In this document: positions 60,530-64,000 of the stretch, one piece after another
Numbering within the stretch: position 1 is the first letter of the stretch
Layout of the letters: every line of letters starts with the position of its first letter
From: Azolla caroliniana
Lineage: Eukaryota > Plantae > Polypodiophyta
DNA length: 64,000 bases
Assembly: GCA_043228905.1 (NCBI GenBank)
Contig: JBHGNT010000007.1
Location: 10,540,001-10,604,000 of the forward strand
Direction of reading: 5' to 3'
Translations under genes and position numbers: made by a program
Notes under the pieces: model-generated
What the model was told of the DNA's origin: nothing
What the model saw: only the letters and a program-made list of their open reading frames with translations
Databases searched by the model: none

Positions 60530-63500
60530 TTTCTGTGTTACCGTCGCTCTGATACCACTTGTTGAACAACAGTGCTCGGCCACAACCGAGGAATAGGATC
60601 GATTCACAGAAAACGGGAAATACACGAAATGCACGAAGGCAATAGAGAGAGAAGAGTACACAGGATGTTTTACGTGGAAAACCCTAAATGGGAAAAACCA
60701 CGGGAGTCCTCAACTCCAACTATCACTATACACAGAGATGTACAATGGTGAAGCTACAAGGCAACAACCTTGAGCTCACTGCCTTCGCCACAGGCGGCGG
60801 TATTACACAGAGGCGTCGACCTCTTCCTTCCTCTCTCTCTCTCTCTCTCTCTCGGCTGCTCTCTCTTTGCTCTCTCTCGGCTGAAAACATAAAAATGAGC
60901 AACAACATTTAAACTGTTTGCCCTAAGTCATATTTATACACATATGACTTTCGGGCTATTTACAAATATAGCCTCAAGGGCTCTTGGCAAAACATATTCA
61001 CAAATATGTCCCCGCATCCGGATCTCTCTCCGGGTACATTCGTCATCCGGCTCCGTAACCGGGGTCTTCAGCATCCGGCTCCGTAACCGGGGTCTTCATC
61101 ATCCGGCTCCGTAGCCGGGGTCTTCATCATCCGGCTCCGTAATCGGGTACTCTTCATCCGGCTTCATGCCGGGTACTCTTCATCACCCGGTTCCGTAACG
61201 GCCTCCGGGCTTGCCGTCGTTCATCTCCGGACATCCCATCCGGAGGGACCGAAATCCCAACAAGTTCTCCCCGATCCGCAATCACTTGTCCTACGCACCC
61301 ATACTTGCAAAACACCTCCTCCAAAAGAAATTGGCATACTGCAGAACATGTTTTTCTTCATAGCGCCCTACCTTCTACTTGGTTTGTGAGATCTTCCCGA
61401 GCTAACACCAAGTACTTCTTTTGTCCGATCCCGGTTGGCATGGCTACAATATCGACCATCCATTTGAAGTTAATTGTCGGTGAGAATGTCGGATGTAACT
61501 CATCTCGGTGTGGAACTCCGGAGTAGATTTGACACTTCTCGCAGCTTTCCGTGAAGTCCGCTATATCTTTGTACATGTTCTTCCACCAATATTTTTGTTT
61601 GATTTTCACAAAAGTTGCCCATGTTCCTCGATGTCCAGCCCAATCGGATTTGTGAAATTCAGACATTATCCGGTTTCGTTGCTCTTTCGTCCCGACTACC
61701 CGAAGTGGTATGCCATCCGGTCTTTTCGGTTCCCTCCATATTAACCCATTTTTTAAGAAGAACTTTCGGACTCGCCGCTTCTTACTTTGGATCTCGGCTC
61801 TCTTCTCTTTATTGTCCGATGATTTCTCGATTTCTTGTAGCACTTTCCTGATCAGCAGGCTTTCTCCCTCGTATTCTTCTTCCGGGAATTCTCGGATTAC
61901 GTTTACCCGACATATGTGCTCCAAAGCAAAGTAGTCTTCGGAAACTTCTTTATTATCGGATTCGGTTATGTCATCTCCGAACCGCCCCCTTGATAGCATA
62001 TCCGTTACCGCGTTGTCTTTTCCGGAGATGTGTCGTACCTCCCGATTAAGCGACATAACATATGCAATCCATCTTAGCATAGCCACATCCGGTATCGTGC
62101 AACACCGCATCATCTCGAGTATCGGAAGACAATCCGTTTCGATCACTACTTCGGCTCCGATCAAATATTCTCGATCCGATTTGATTGCCGACACGACTCC
62201 CCATAATTCTCTTTTGACTTGTGCATATCCGCGTTGCCTTTCGTTGAGAACCTTTGCTCCGAATCGGATCGGATATCGCGAACCATCCGGATCGGCTTGA
62301 TTGATGACCCATCCGATTCCAGTTGGACTTGTGTCAACCATTACTATGATCGGTCGGTCATAGTTTGGCTTCTTTAGTGCTTTTGCCCTCCGTAGTGATT
62401 TCTTGAGCTTCTTCACGGCTTTGGTATGCTCCGGTTTCCATTCGAACTTCTTACCTTTCCGCAACAAGTGATAGAGTGGGTTCGCAATATGTGCATAGTG
62501 CGGAATCCATATGTGGTAGAATGCACATGCTCCGAGAAACCTTCGGACTTCAGATTGTGACTCACATATTTCTTTCATAGCTTGAATTGCATCGATCTTG
62601 GTCGGTGACGGTCTTCGGCCGTAGGGCCCACATAGATGTTTGACTACCAATATTTCTTCTTGCCCGAATGCCGATTTATCCCCGGAAAGTGTTAGGTGCA
62701 CATCTTCTAACTTTCTAAGCACTTTCTCGCAATCGCGAATATGGTCGACTACGAATTTTCGGCATCCTCGATCATCCATAGTTTCATCTTTTTCTTCTAC
62801 CGCGCATCCTTTCATAAGAATGTCATCTAGGAATGACATCGTTATCTCCGGAATGCAGTCTCGAAGCACCTTGTTCATTGCATTCATCATATGTGCGACC
62901 GAGTTCGTCGCGCCTTTTAGGTGTCTGCATGGTAGTGATGTCTCGGTTTTCCACGGCTAGTTGGAATTGGTCATACACCGAGTATAGGCCTCCGATGGAG
63001 TATATCGCTCGACCGGCAAATGCTTCTGCAAATTTGTCCACTATCGGACCGACTCCGGAGTTCCGGATCGTGACTTTGTTCACTGGTTGCAAGTCTTGGA
63101 TAAATCGGAGTGACCCATTCTTCTTCGGAACCGTAAACCATCGATTTGAGTACGGAGCGTTTGATGGCTCTAGAATCCCCATCGCCACCTTCTCCTTGAG
63201 CAAGTCGATGATTTTCGGAATATGCGCCCGCGGCACCAGAATCGGCTTCAGGTTCCATGGCACATGGTCAATCGTGAAGATCACCATTGGCTCCACTATC
63301 TTCGGATCAACGCACCCTATCTCCTTCGATGTGAATGCAAATGATTTCCCATGTTGTTCCAACATCCCTCGGAATCGTTCTTCTTCATTTTGTAAAAGGA
63401 AACCACCTCCACCGATCCGAAGTTTCTTCCGGGTCTCATCCGTGAAGGCATGTCCAATATCCACGGACTTCTGAAGTGTCGGATCTCCCGAGACTTCTTT

Positions 63501-64000
63501 CCTCTTTTGTTCGCTATCGGTAGGTAGTGGTCTCGTGGCTGGTTTCACCTTCTTCTCCACGGTCTTGTATTTCGTACTTACCATTGCTTCTTCTTTGCGG
63601 AGCGCATCCGGCCCCATTTCCACAATGATCTCATACATCTCTACCGATTCCACCGGGACTACCCGGTCTCCCTGGCTTGTATCTTTCGTGAGCTCTTCAA
63701 GCCGTTGTAGCGTGCTCCCATAGAACACTTCTTCGACTATTCCCACGATTTCTTCATCTTCTTTTATTATTGATGCCGATCGTAACTTATCCTCCACTTT
63801 TCGGTATTCTTTCTTCATTCCTCCGGTTACGACCGTGTAAGTAGATGCCCCATCCGGACCGATTCATACTTGTTTTGCTCCGAGAGTTTTCTTCCTGTGT
63901 GGGGTATCAGGGCTTCTCGGACTATCACTTCCCCACTCCGCAACAGTCCGCTCTAAAAATCCATCCTTGTTTGGGACAAGAGCTCTCTCTTGTTCCTTTC

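Larger units (their letters stand above)
55745..61262 (-). mobile_element. Intact, very young Tork/Tnt1-like copia T2
   Basis: LTRs 55745-56445 and 60560-61262; TSD AGTTC (55740-55744, 61263-61267); PBS TGGTATCAGAGCG (60557-60545); PPT 56446-56455. Confidence 0.98.
54013..64000 (-). mobile_element. Ty3/gypsy family-G element (3' LTR 54013-54869, PPT 54870-54879, degenerate pol), running off the window
   Basis: Domain order RT-RNase H-integrase: YSNRWFTVPKKNGSLRFIQDL, FLDD, VDTSPTGIG, H...H...CEKC, WMVDIV, TTAYNPEANGKIER, WFGPY. A deletion/frameshift lies at ~62917. The integrase is split by T2. Confidence 0.93.

Noticed and set aside
60530-60661. 44-aa N-terminal extension of the 1401-aa ORF
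   Set aside because: It runs through U5 and the PBS; the likely start is the ATG at 60529.

Overview
Eukaryotic nuclear DNA from a land plant. The retroelement families suggest a seed-free plant such as a fern or lycophyte, but that is inference. Two host genes are present: the last five coding exons of an EXO84 exocyst gene (760-4110, +) and a PP1 Inhibitor-3/Ypi1 gene with a single coding exon (49539-50000, -). Most of 10-46 kb and 51-64 kb is a deep nest of LTR retrotransposons. It includes three full-length Tork/Tnt1-like Ty1/copia copies (55745-61262 is intact and very young), several copies of a second copia family, a Ty3/gypsy family ('G') whose LTRs carry a tRNA-like A/B-box cassette, and two related gypsy-type elements ('X' 22914-44559, 'Y' 40908-42450). 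The main candidate novelty is in X and Y. Both lack a polypurine tract before the 3' LTR. In its place each has a conserved tRNA-Arg-like T-arm/acceptor/CCA module with an extra covarying hairpin, ending 2 nt from the LTR, and X also has a normal tRNA-Arg PBS at its 5' end. This suggests tRNA-primed plus-strand synthesis or a self-encoded primer. All alignments and family assignments were made by eye; no searches were run.
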